A stretch of 32,000 bases of DNA from Candidatus Velamenicoccus archaeovorus (GTDB lineage Bacteria > Omnitrophota > Gorgyraeia > Velamenicoccales > Velamenicoccaceae): the NCBI RefSeq assembly GCF_004102945.1, contig NZ_CP019384.1, positions 1,500,001 through 1,532,000 on the forward strand, read 5' to 3'. The position numbers were made by a program, and so were the translations under genes. The notes beneath the pieces were generated by a model, which worked only from the letters and a program-made list of their open reading frames with translations, was not told the DNA's origin and ran no database searches. Below are positions 14,795 through 23,486 of this stretch, piece after piece. Numbering within the stretch: the first letter of the stretch is position 1; every line of letters begins with the position of its first letter.

Positions 14795-16123
14795 CTAATT
14801 CTCGTTGTTTTCAATCTGCTTGTCCTTACCTTCGCCTTTAAGCCTTTGTTGCGCCTTTTCCATCAGGCGTCTCGCCGTACCGGAGTAGATGGATCCGGTC
14901 GTGCTGCTTTCGGCCGCGATCAGAGACTCAAAGGTGGCGATCGCCTCCCCGTACTTCCTCTTGCCGTATTGATCAACACCCTTCAAAAAGAGCTCTTTAT
15001 TGTCTTTGCGCGCCTGGTCCAACTGCTTGGCCGATTCCTTCTTGAGCGCCTTTTCCACGCGGACATCCTGTTTATGGTCTATGGCGTTTTGCCGGCGCTG
15101 AGCGGCCTCCGCCTGCTTTCTGGCCCGCTTCTGCTGAGCGGCTTCCATCTTGGCCTGCCGGCGCTCTTCAGCAGTTTCTTTTCCGGAAACCCCCTGGTTC
15201 TTCTCCAGGGCCTTGCGCACCCTGGCATCTATCTTGGCCTGACGCCGTTCTTCAACGGCCGCTTCCTTGGCGGCGCGCCGCTCCTTAACAGCCGCTTCCT
15301 TGGCGGCGCGGCGTTCTTCGGCGGCCGCTTTCTTGGCGGCGAGACGCTCCTCTTTTTCTTTCTTCTTCTCCGCTATGGCCTCAAGTTTTTCCTGGCGCCG
15401 CCGCTCTTTCTCGGCCAGCTTCTCCTGGCGCAGACGCATCTTCCTGTCAATGGGCTTTTCTATCTCACCTTCGGGTTTGGCCCGCGGCGTCGCTTCCACC
15501 TCGTAAGCCGCCAAATCCTGCTGAACGACCGCCTCATGGTCCGTCTTGTCTACCGGCCGGCGAGCGGCCTCGCGGGCAGCCTTGCGTGCGGCCGCCTTCT
15601 CCTTCTTCTCGTTTGCCCTGTCGATCTTGGCCTGTCTCCTAGCCGCCTTCAGCTTTTCTTTGTCCTGGATCTTCTTCTCGCGCTTCAATTGCTGCGATAT
15701 CTTGATCTCACACTCTTCCCGATAATAAGACGCGTAGTCATCGATCGGCTTGATCTGAAGGATCTTGTTGCATACTTCGATCGCTTCCTGGTATTTATGC
15801 GCCGCGTAAAGCCGGCGGCTGTCCTGATAGAGCTGTTTGAGCTCGGCATTCTTGCTCGCCTTCGCCTCCACCTTCGTCTGGTTCTTCTGGATCAAATGAA
15901 CCTTCTCCAGATAGATCTTGGCCTCCTCGTGGCCGGGTTCCATGCTCAGCGTCTTTTCAAATTCTTCGGCGGCGCGGTCATAGAGGCCGCGTTTATAGTA
16001 TTTAACGCCGTTCTGGAAGTGGAGCTCGACGACAACCGGATCCGCCGCCTCCAGACGCATCGCCGAAAAAAGGAAAACCGCTAGCAATCCAACCAAGACC
16101 GTGAACCGAGAAAATGATTTCAT
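14795..16123 (-). CDS. secreted TPR protein with a long E/K/R/A-rich charged helical region
   Basis: AAGGAG lies 6 nt before the ATG. Signal peptide MKSFSRFTVLVGLLAVFLFSAMRLEAA. TPR-like segments at both ends. About 230 aa of low-complexity charged sequence in the middle (AAKEAAVKERRAAKEAAVEERR...). Confidence 0.8.
   Translation of the reverse strand: MKSFSRFTVLVGLLAVFLFSAMRLEAADPVVVELHFQNGVKYYKRGLYDRAAEEFEKTLSMEPGHEEAKIYLEKVHLIQKNQTKVEAKASKNAELKQLYQDSRRLYAAHKYQEAIEVCNKILQIKPIDDYASYYREECEIKISQQLKREKKIQDKEKLKAARRQAKIDRANEKKEKAAARKAAREAARRPVDKTDHEAVVQQDLAAYEVEATPRAKPEGEIEKPIDRKMRLRQEKLAEKERRRQEKLEAIAEKKKEKEERLAAKKAAAEERRAAKEAAVKERRAAKEAAVEERRQAKIDARVRKALEKNQGVSGKETAEERRQAKMEAAQQKRARKQAEAAQRRQNAIDHKQDVRVEKALKKESAKQLDQARKDNKELFLKGVDQYGKRKYGEAIATFESLIAAESSTTGSIYSGTARRLMEKAQQRLKGEGKDKQIENNEN
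15258..15356. repeat. three tandem 33-nt coding repeats inside the charged region
   Basis: Units start at 15258, 15291 and 15324 (gccgcttccttggcggcgcg...). They encode ERRAAKEAAV(K/E)-type 11-residue repeats on the minus strand. Confidence 0.7.
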
Positions 16124-16130
16124 TCCGAAC

Positions 16131-16480
16131 TCCTTAATTTTGCCTATAACAGGGTAAGCTTTCCTTACAAAATGAACTCCGCACTTACGCAGAAAATTTC
16201 CGCCGGCCCGCCTTGGCGGAAATTTTCAAGTGCCCAAGTGCGGAGTCAACGTTTATTTCCTTAATTTTGCCTATAACAGGGTAAACTTTCCTTACAAAAT
16301 TAGGCCCTCCGCTTATTCGGAATTGCGTAGGCCTACCCCCTTGTGGGGTTAACTCTGTGCCTGCGAAGGAAATTTCACGCCGGCTTGCCCTGGCGTGAAA
16401 TTTACGAGCGCCTAGGCGCAGAGTAACGTTATTTTCCTTCATTTCGCCTATATCGAGGTTTTCTTCTTTTACGGCAAAAT
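16131..16480. repeat. tandem intergenic modules: a conserved 43-nt block (x2, plus one degenerate copy) alternating with paralogous nested hairpins
   Basis: Blocks tccttaattttgcctataacagggtaaRctttccttacaaaat at 16131-16173 and 16258-16300 match 42/43. A degenerate copy lies at 16435-16480. Hairpin 1: outer stem 16176-86/16236-46, inner stem 16192-204/16215-27. Hairpin 2: outer stem 16352-62/16414-24, inner stem 16370-81/16392-403. Both hairpins are followed by aacgtt(t)att. Confidence 0.75.
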
Positions 16481-17668
16481 CGAGCGGCACCATTCGATCA
16501 GCCGCTCCGCCTTCTCGGCAAGAAAGATGGCTTCCGACCGCGTCAGGGGCCTGTCTTCATTTTCCATGAGATCTCTCATATTCAGGATCGCCCTCAACCG
16601 CAGGATGTTCTCTTCGGCATCCGTACGATTGACATGGTCCACCATCAGCCACACAATATTCTCATGTTCCGGATAAGCGCTTTTGATCCCGTAAAAATAA
16701 ATCAAGAGCGCGTCACAATAATACAAAGATGCCTGGATGGCATTCAATCCCGCAGAATTCCAGCGACTGGTCCGCAAGGCATCTTTCATATTCTCGTAAT
16801 AGGCAGCCGCTTTGTTCAAATAAATAGGGAATTCGATAAGCTCTGCCGGCACCCCGGGCTTGCCTGCAGAAACCTCTTCTTTCTTGCGCCGCCACTTCTC
16901 CGTCTCCGCATCGAGCTTCCTGGCTTTCTTGGCAAGCTTCGCCTCGGCGAGATACCCCTGCTTCTCCTCTTCCAGGATCGCCTCCTGCCGGCTCAACTGC
17001 CGCTCTTTTTTTCTGATCATCTCGTCGAGGTCCGCGCGACTCTGGGCCTTCTCCTCCAGGAATGTATCCATGTCCTCCTGGGCGGAGATATCTTCCTTCA
17101 TGTAGGCGACCTCCTTCTCCATCCCCATCACTTCTTCGGCGCGCTTCCTGGGTCCGTAGATAGAAGAATCCTTCTTGGCCTTGGGGCCCAGCGCCTGCTC
17201 GCAAAGCTCGGCATAATAAAGGGCGAATTTATCGCTTGGGTTCTGGTCCAGAATGGCCTTGAATGCCTCCAGGGCCCGGTCGTAATCGTGTTTTTCGTAA
17301 TACATCTTTCCCAGAAAATACAGATCGACGCCCTTGGCCTCGTAGGACGAATTATCCTTGGGCAAAAGCAGGTCTTCACGGTACTGCTCCAGATGGGTCA
17401 TGGAATCCGTGATGTATCTCTGCGTGTTCTTATAATAAGGGTCTATGGAAGATACCGTCCTGAATTCATTCAGGGCGTCTTCAAAGCGGCCGGCCTCGTA
17501 ATTCACGACGCCGCGGAAGTAATGCACAGCCAACTCCCGGCGGACATCCGCATCATCCGGCTTTGCCGCCCGAACTATGCCTGAAAACGCCAGAAAGAGT
17601 CCGGTCATCAGCAAGACGGCTATTTTGAAGGTGTCTCTCAACTCCGCCTCCTTCAATGAGCGTACCAT
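16469..17668 (-). CDS. secreted/membrane-anchored TPR and coiled-coil protein, paralogous in architecture to 14795..16123
   Basis: ATG at 17668 has no SD and lies in a hairpin arm. TTG at 17641 is preceded by AAGGAGG (5 nt spacing) and gives a canonical signal peptide MRDTFKIAVLLMTGLFLAFSGIVRAA, so 17641 is probably the true start. N-terminal TPR repeats, a charged coiled coil, and a helical C-terminal domain. Confidence 0.8.
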   Translation of the reverse strand: MVRSLKEAELRDTFKIAVLLMTGLFLAFSGIVRAAKPDDADVRRELAVHYFRGVVNYEAGRFEDALNEFRTVSSIDPYYKNTQRYITDSMTHLEQYREDLLLPKDNSSYEAKGVDLYFLGKMYYEKHDYDRALEAFKAILDQNPSDKFALYYAELCEQALGPKAKKDSSIYGPRKRAEEVMGMEKEVAYMKEDISAQEDMDTFLEEKAQSRADLDEMIRKKERQLSRQEAILEEEKQGYLAEAKLAKKARKLDAETEKWRRKKEEVSAGKPGVPAELIEFPIYLNKAAAYYENMKDALRTSRWNSAGLNAIQASLYYCDALLIYFYGIKSAYPEHENIVWLMVDHVNRTDAEENILRLRAILNMRDLMENEDRPLTRSEAIFLAEKAERLIEWCRSILP

Positions 17669-17700
17669 TTACGGAACCATGTGAACGTAAATGGTATGCG

Positions 17701-17822
17701 CGAATTGAACCCAGCACTAATTTTACTGACAACCTTTTACAACCATAGGCGTATACCAAGAAACAGGCGTATATTCCCATGCTTCTGGCTCGTAGGTAAA
17801 ATTGGTGCTGGGTCGAATTCCG
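17701..17822. repeat. about 26-nt inverted repeat pair enclosing about 70 nt
   Basis: cgaattgaacccagcactaattttac (17701-26) against gtaaaattggtgctgggtcgaattccg (17796-822); about 22 of 26 positions pair. The interior carries direct repeats aggcgtata (x2) and ttttac (x2). Confidence 0.55.
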
Positions 17823-17865
17823 GCAGATAACTTAGCAGCGCTCCGCTCGCTAACCCAGAAAGGGT

Positions 17866-17898
17866 AGGCCTTCCTTATACCATATAAAGGAAGGGCCT
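17866..17898 (-). terminator. possible intrinsic terminator after lnt
   Basis: aggccttcctt-ataccatata-aaggaagggcct lies 12 nt after the lnt stop. On the minus strand it is followed by cccuuucuggguu, which is only moderately U-rich. Confidence 0.4.
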
Positions 17899-17909
17899 AA
17901 GTCATGCCG

Positions 17910-19436
17910 TCATTTCGACCTCCGCCACACTATCATACCAAAAATTATGAAGCTGACAACGATAATCAACGCATCGCCGACGTGCGTATACAGGCTCGTT
18001 CGACGGGTCGCGCCGATGACCGCCGCGGCCTCGCCGCAGACAAATGTCTCTTTGCCGCCGGCATCTCTGACGTCGGCGACAGGGCGGCCGGCATCGTCGA
18101 TGACGCAGGAGACGCCCGTATTGGCCGCCCGCACGACATACACCCTGTTCTCGACAGCCCTCAGCACCGACGCCTGCATATGCTGATAGGGACTCGATGT
18201 GTCCCCGAACCAGGCATCATTCGTCATGTTCACAAGAAAATCGGCGCCCCGGACAACGAACGCCCGGCTCAATTCAGGGAAGATATCTTCAAAACAGACG
18301 AGAACGCCGAACCGTAATCCTTGACAGCCGGCGGCGGGCACGGAAAACAGGTGAAAATCATCGCCGGGCGTAAAATCCTCGATCGGCACGACATCTTCCA
18401 GAAAATGCAGATAGCGGCGGGTCGGGAGATATTCGCCGAACGGGACCAGGTGCAATTTGTCATGGACCATCTCCAGGCGCCCCTGCGCATCATAAAGGAG
18501 GGCGCTGTTGTAATAACGCATGTTCTCAAGCCGGACCGCGCCGATCACAAGCGGCACATGCAACTCAGCGGCCAAATCGCTCAATTCACGATCATTCACG
18601 CCGGGATCAAGATAATCCGCAAAAGATGTTTCCGGCCAGACGACCAGCCCCGGTTCTTCCTTCAAGACCGCCAACTCGCTCAGAAGGGCATGCTTGCGGA
18701 AAATCCCGTCGCTGAAACGCTCCACCCATTTGATCTCCTGGGGAATATTCCCCTGGATGACGGCCACGCGGAGCGGGCATGCCTCGACGGGAGACTGGGA
18801 TATCCTCCAGAGACCATAAGAAAACCACATGACGATCACGGCGGCAGGAACAAGGAACCGTTTCGAACGCAGGGGCAAGGCTCCCGGCGCCGCCAGTCCT
18901 TCAAAAATGAAAACATTCACAAAGACGAGGAGGAACGAAAGGCCCCAGCTGCCGAAGAGGTCGGCGACCTGGAGGGCGATGACGACAGGTGTCTGCGTAT
19001 AGCTCAAAAGCGCCCAGGGGAAACCCGTAAACAGGTGCGCCCTCACGTATTCCAGGGCGACCCAGACGGCCGGCGCAAACACCAGACGCATGCCGAAGGA
19101 AAAATAGCGGCGGCTATAGGCCCATGCCAGGCAGAAGACGGCCGGATACAAAGCCAGGTAGGCGCACAAGACAAGCATACCGGTGACCGTCACATGGATC
19201 AGCCAAAAAAGGAGCGCGACATTATAGACATAACCGGCACCAAGACCCATGAAAAAAACCTGCGCCGTATCCCTGCGCTCGAGAGAAAAAAAGAGCGGCA
19301 CGAAGGCGACCCAGGCCAACAGCCAGATCCCCGGCCTGGGAAACGATAGCCGCAGAAGGGCGGCGCTCAACAACGCCAACAGCCACGGCGTCCATTTCGA
19401 TTTCATGAAATCCTCTTGCCAGCGCGAAAAAAACAT
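17910..19436 (-). CDS. lnt: apolipoprotein N-acyltransferase
   Basis: 508 aa. N-terminal multi-TM region, then a C-terminal nitrilase-like domain (VVWPETS, VPFGEYLP, LVCFEDIFPE, NDAWFG). The alternative start ATG at 19406 (MKSKW) is also plausible. Confidence 0.88.
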   Translation of the reverse strand: MFFSRWQEDFMKSKWTPWLLALLSAALLRLSFPRPGIWLLAWVAFVPLFFSLERRDTAQVFFMGLGAGYVYNVALLFWLIHVTVTGMLVLCAYLALYPAVFCLAWAYSRRYFSFGMRLVFAPAVWVALEYVRAHLFTGFPWALLSYTQTPVVIALQVADLFGSWGLSFLLVFVNVFIFEGLAAPGALPLRSKRFLVPAAVIVMWFSYGLWRISQSPVEACPLRVAVIQGNIPQEIKWVERFSDGIFRKHALLSELAVLKEEPGLVVWPETSFADYLDPGVNDRELSDLAAELHVPLVIGAVRLENMRYYNSALLYDAQGRLEMVHDKLHLVPFGEYLPTRRYLHFLEDVVPIEDFTPGDDFHLFSVPAAGCQGLRFGVLVCFEDIFPELSRAFVVRGADFLVNMTNDAWFGDTSSPYQHMQASVLRAVENRVYVVRAANTGVSCVIDDAGRPVADVRDAGGKETFVCGEAAAVIGATRRTSLYTHVGDALIIVVSFIIFGMIVWRRSK

Positions 19437-19472
19437 GTCCCTCCCATCACGCCAGAAACAAATCCGTCAACT

Positions 19473-22322
19473 TCAACCGTTGGCGCCGCAGCACTTCTTG
19501 TATTTCTTCCCGCTGCCGCAAGGACACGGGTCGTTGCGGCCGACCTTGGGACCTTCATGCCGGACTGTCCTGGAAGGGGCGGGCGCCTCCTCACCGACTG
19601 CCCCGCCCTCATCCTCCTGCGACATGCGCACCTGCGCGCTTGTCGCTGATAAACCGCCGAACTCCCTGTGTTCCGTCTTCTGGGGTAAGGAGGTAAAGAC
19701 CCCCCTGAGTTCTTCTTTTTGCTCAAGGATCTGCATGCGGAAGACGAGTTCCACAACCTCATCTTTGATACGTTCCATCATCTCGATGAACATGTTGTAG
19801 GCTTCTTTCTGATATTCGATCAGGGGATCGCGCGCGCCGTAGGCCCTCAGGCCGATACCCTCCTTGAGGCAGTCCATGCCATAAAGATGGTCCTTCCAGC
19901 GGCTGTCGATCACGTGAAGCATGACCATGCGCTGCATCGGTTCAAGCTTGTCTGCGCCAACTTCCTGTTCCTTCTTCTCCCAAACCTCCTGGACCTTGGC
20001 CGCCAGTTCTTCTCTGACGCCGGCGGGATCCAGGGCGGCGAGCTCCTCGGGATTGACGGCGATGCCGGGACCGAATTTCTGTTTCAGCCACGCATCCAGG
20101 CCGGCCCAGTTCCAATCCTGAGGCATCTGTCCTTCCGGGCAGTAGGCGGGAATATTCCGTCCAATACAATCCCCTATCATTTCATAAAGGAAATCCTTGA
20201 GGGCCGCGGCGCCGCCTTCCAGGATCAAGCGACGTTCGCTATAGACGACCTCTCTCTGTTTGTTCATGACGTCGTCGTATTCCAACAGGTGCTTGCGAAT
20301 CTCGAAGTTGTAGGCCTCGACGCGGCGTTGGGCGTCCTCAATGCGCCGCGTGATGAAGATGTTCTCGATGACCATCCCGTCTTCGACGCCCATCTTGTCC
20401 ATGATGCCGATGAGACGGTCTGAACCGAAGAGCCGCATGAGGTCGTCTTCGAAAGAAACATAAAACCGCGACGACCCCGGGTCGCCCTGGCGGCCCGAGC
20501 GGCCGCGCAGCTGGTTGTCGATACGCCTGGCCTCATGACGCTCGGTGCCGATGACATGCAGGCCGCCAGCTTCAACGACGCGGTCATGCTCCTTCTGGGC
20601 CTCTTCCCTGAGTTTCGCGTAAATCTTTTCGTATTCTTCCCTGTAGGCGTCCGTATGCGGCTCTATCTTCTGGGCCGCGAGGATGTTTCTGGTCATGTTC
20701 TGCGGATTGCCGCCCAAAAGAATGTCCGTGCCGCGGCCGGCCATGTTGGTCGCGATGGTCACAGCCTTGTGGCGGCCCGCCTGGGCGACGATCTGCGCCT
20801 CCATCTCGTGGTATTTGGCATTCAGGACATTGTGCGGGATGCCGATTTTTTTGAGCATGCTGGAAAGCGTCTCGGATTTTTCGATGGAAATGGTGCCGAC
20901 AAGGACAGGCTGCCCCTTGGCATAGCAGGTCTTGATATCTTCGACGACGGCGTTAAACTTCTCGCGGGCGGACTTAAAGACCGCGTCGGAATAGTTGGTG
21001 CGCGACAGCGGCCGGTTCGTCGGGATCACGACGACATCGAGCTTGTAGATCTGCTTGAACTCGTTGGCCTCGGTGAAAGCGGTGCCGGTCATGCCGGCGA
21101 GCTTATCATAGATCCTGAAATAATTCTGCAGCGTGATCGTGGCCAACGTCTGGTTCTCGCGCTCGATACGCAGGTTCTCCTTGGCCTCCACGGCCTGGTG
21201 CATGCCGTCGGACCACCGGCGGCCCGGCATGAGGCGCCCCGTGAATTCGTCGACGATGATGACCTTGCCGTCTTTGACGACGTAATCCACGTCCCGCTTG
21301 AAAAGGTCGTGCGCCTTGATCGCCTGGATGATATGATGGGCCCATTCGCCGGAAAGATCGTCATAGAGGCTCTTGACCCCCAGAAGCTCCTCGCATTTGG
21401 CCATGCCGCTTTCCGTCAGGTTGACGGTATGGTTCTTTTCATCGACGACGGCATCATAACCCGCCGAAAGGTCCTCCCCTTTGTATTTGGCGTCTATCTC
21501 GTCTTTTTCAAGGATCAGGCGCCGCTTCAGCCCGGGGATGATGCGGTTGATGGTGTAATATTTGTCGACCGAGTCGTCGGTGGGGCCGGAAATGATGAGG
21601 GGGGTCCTCGCCTCATCGATCAGGATGGAATCCACCTCGTCGACAATGGCGTAATGAAGCGGCCTCTGGACCATCTGCCGGGGGTGCGTCACCATGTTGT
21701 CGCGCAGATAATCAAACCCGAATTCGTTGTTCGTGCCGTAGGTGATATCGCAGTTGTAGGCGGAAATCTTTTCCTCGAAAGGCTGATCGTGCTGGATGAC
21801 CCCGACGGAAAGACCCAGGAATTCATAGATCGGCCCCATCCACTCGCGGTCGCGCCGGGCCAGGTAGTCATTGACGGTCACGACGTGGACGCCGAGACCG
21901 GCAAGGGCATTGAGATACACCGGCAGGGTTGCGACGAGGGTTTTGCCTTCGCCCGTCGCCATCTCGGCGATGCCGCCGCGGTGCAGAACGATGCCGCCGA
22001 TCAGCTGCACATCGAAATGGCGCAGGCCGATGGTGCGCACGGACGCTTCGCGCACGACGGCGAACGCCTCGGGCAGGATCTCATCCAGGATATCCCGGAG
22101 GATCTTTTTCTTCGGCTCGCCTTCCGCCTCTGCGTAGCCGGCGGCGCGCATCTGGTCGGTGATCCTCTTTTTGAAAGCCGCAGTTTTGGCCTTCAGTCCG
22201 GCATCCGGCAGCGCCTTCATCTGCGGCTCAAGGACATTGATCTCCTCGACGACCAAAGAGAGCGTACGCAGCATGCGCTCATTCTGGGTGCCAATGATCT
22301 TTGAAAGGATAAAATTAATCAC
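19473..22322 (-). CDS. secA: preprotein translocase ATPase SecA
   Basis: 949 aa. [13 protein letters not shown]-terminus, [14 protein letters not shown] Walker [11 protein letters not shown], and a C-terminal zinc motif [14 protein letters not shown]. The GTG start overlaps the prfB stop (GTGATTAA, 8-nt overlap). Confidence 0.95.
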   Translation of the reverse strand: MINFILSKIIGTQNERMLRTLSLVVEEINVLEPQMKALPDAGLKAKTAAFKKRITDQMRAAGYAEAEGEPKKKILRDILDEILPEAFAVVREASVRTIGLRHFDVQLIGGIVLHRGGIAEMATGEGKTLVATLPVYLNALAGLGVHVVTVNDYLARRDREWMGPIYEFLGLSVGVIQHDQPFEEKISAYNCDITYGTNNEFGFDYLRDNMVTHPRQMVQRPLHYAIVDEVDSILIDEARTPLIISGPTDDSVDKYYTINRIIPGLKRRLILEKDEIDAKYKGEDLSAGYDAVVDEKNHTVNLTESGMAKCEELLGVKSLYDDLSGEWAHHIIQAIKAHDLFKRDVDYVVKDGKVIIVDEFTGRLMPGRRWSDGMHQAVEAKENLRIERENQTLATITLQNYFRIYDKLAGMTGTAFTEANEFKQIYKLDVVVIPTNRPLSRTNYSDAVFKSAREKFNAVVEDIKTCYAKGQPVLVGTISIEKSETLSSMLKKIGIPHNVLNAKYHEMEAQIVAQAGRHKAVTIATNMAGRGTDILLGGNPQNMTRNILAAQKIEPHTDAYREEYEKIYAKLREEAQKEHDRVVEAGGLHVIGTERHEARRIDNQLRGRSGRQGDPGSSRFYVSFEDDLMRLFGSDRLIGIMDKMGVEDGMVIENIFITRRIEDAQRRVEAYNFEIRKHLLEYDDVMNKQREVVYSERRLILEGGAAALKDFLYEMIGDCIGRNIPAYCPEGQMPQDWNWAGLDAWLKQKFGPGIAVNPEELAALDPAGVREELAAKVQEVWEKKEQEVGADKLEPMQRMVMLHVIDSRWKDHLYGMDCLKEGIGLRAYGARDPLIEYQKEAYNMFIEMMERIKDEVVELVFRMQILEQKEELRGVFTSLPQKTEHREFGGLSATSAQVRMSQEDEGGAVGEEAPAPSRTVRHEGPKVGRNDPCPCGSGKKYKKCCGANG

Positions 22323-23419
22323 GTCTTGTCTTCATGTCCCGCAGGTAAATCTCGATGAACGGGTCGAGCTTCCCGTCGAGGACGCCGTTGGCGTCACCCG
22401 TCTCGTAGTCCGTGCGATGGTCCTTGACCAAGTTATAGGGGTGCAGGACATACGAACGGATCTGCGAACCCCATTCGATCTTCCTCTTCTCCTGGTGTTC
22501 CCGGGACATCTTTTCGTCTTGTTCCCTGCGCTTGAGTGCGTAGAGCCGGGACTTAAGGATCCCCAGGGCCACCTGTTTGTTCTGGTGCTGGGAACGTTCG
22601 TTCTGGCACTGCGCAACGGTACCGGTCGGCAGATGCGTGATCCGAACGGCCGAATCCGTCGTGTTGACGTGCTGGCCGCCCTTGCCTCCGGCGCGGTAGA
22701 CGTCGATCCGCAGGTCCTCGGGCCTGATGTCCACTTCGACATCGCCTTCAAATTCCGGGATCACATCGACGGACGCAAACGACGTATGGCGCCGCTTGTT
22801 GGCGTCGAAAGGCGAGATCCTCACCAGGCGGTGGACGCCCACCTCCGGCCGCAAATATCCGTAGGCGTATGCGCCGCGCACGATCACAGTCACGTTCTTG
22901 GTTCCCGCCTCTTCCCCGGGCAGGATGTCCGTCACCGTCACCTCAAAGCCGTGCCCCTGGGCCCAGCGCGTGTACATGCGCAAAAGCATCGACACCCAGT
23001 CGCAGGACTCCGTGCCGCCGGCCCCGGCATTGATGCTGACGATCGCGTTGTTGGCGTCGTATTCGCCGCTGAAAAGCGTAAGAAATTCGAGACGATCCAG
23101 CTCTTCTTTCAGGGCATTGAGATCAACATCAAGATGGACCAGGAAATCCTCTCCCTCATCTCCGGAAATATGGAACAGCTCTGATGTTTCCTTGAGGCGG
23201 CGCTCGAGCTTATGCCAGGACTCCGAGATATTCTTGAGGGCCTTGAGGTTCCGGACGACATGATTCGCTGCCGAGGGATTCTGCCAGAAAGCCTCATCCG
23301 TCATCTTCGCCTGCAGCTCGGCGATCTGACGGTCTTTGTCATCGATGTCAAAGATACCCCCGGAGTCTTTCGAGGGTTTCCTGGACAAGCGTTATCTTTT
23401 GTGCAATATCTTCACGCAT
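22315..23419 (-). CDS. prfB: peptide chain release factor 2, expressed via a programmed +1 frameshift (23419..23351 joined to 23349..22315)
   Basis: The 0-frame ATG at 23419 (AGAGGTGAG upstream) encodes [23 protein letters not shown], then TGA at 23350-23348. The +1 frame continues [13 protein letters not shown]... through SPF and GGQHVN motifs to 22315. Confidence 0.93.
23347..23362 (-). other. RF2 autoregulatory +1 frameshift site
   Basis: The minus strand reads CGG GGG TAT CTT TGA C. It differs from the E. coli site AGG GGG TAT CTT TGA C only at the first base, and it includes the internal SD-like GGGGG. Confidence 0.9.
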
Positions 23420-23486
23420 CTGTCAAACTCACCTCTGTCCTTACATTTAGTTATAAACGAAGACTTATTTTAACGCATAGCCCGCT

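Noticed and set aside
14300-16084. 594-aa plus-strand ORF
   Set aside because: It is antisense to the adenosine-kinase-family gene, the palindrome cluster and the 442-aa TPR gene. It is extremely rich in L, R and F, mirrors the E/K/A repeats, and runs straight through the intergenic hairpin cluster.
16131-16480. Possible mini-CRISPR array (repeat-spacer-repeat look)
   Set aside because: There are only two good repeats plus a degenerate one, and the repeat is 43 nt. The 'spacers' (84 and 134 nt) are homologous structured hairpins, not unique sequences. No cas genes are in the window.
16185-16493. 102-aa minus-strand ORF spanning the tandem modules
   Set aside because: Its apparent internal protein repeat only reflects the DNA repeat. 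The two hairpins change by compensatory base-pair substitutions rather than by synonymous changes. It has no SD and overlaps the upstream gene's stop.
17796-17825. tRNA-like T-arm string ctgggtcgaattccgg (and its partner at 17701-17726)
   Set aside because: No 5-bp T-stem, acceptor stem or anticodon arm can be drawn. The string is one arm of an inverted repeat.
20535-22304. 589-aa plus-strand ORF, and similar ORFs opposite secA, prfB, lnt, the permeases and murJ
   Set aside because: These are antisense shadows of well-supported genes in GC-rich sequence. No motifs are recognisable.
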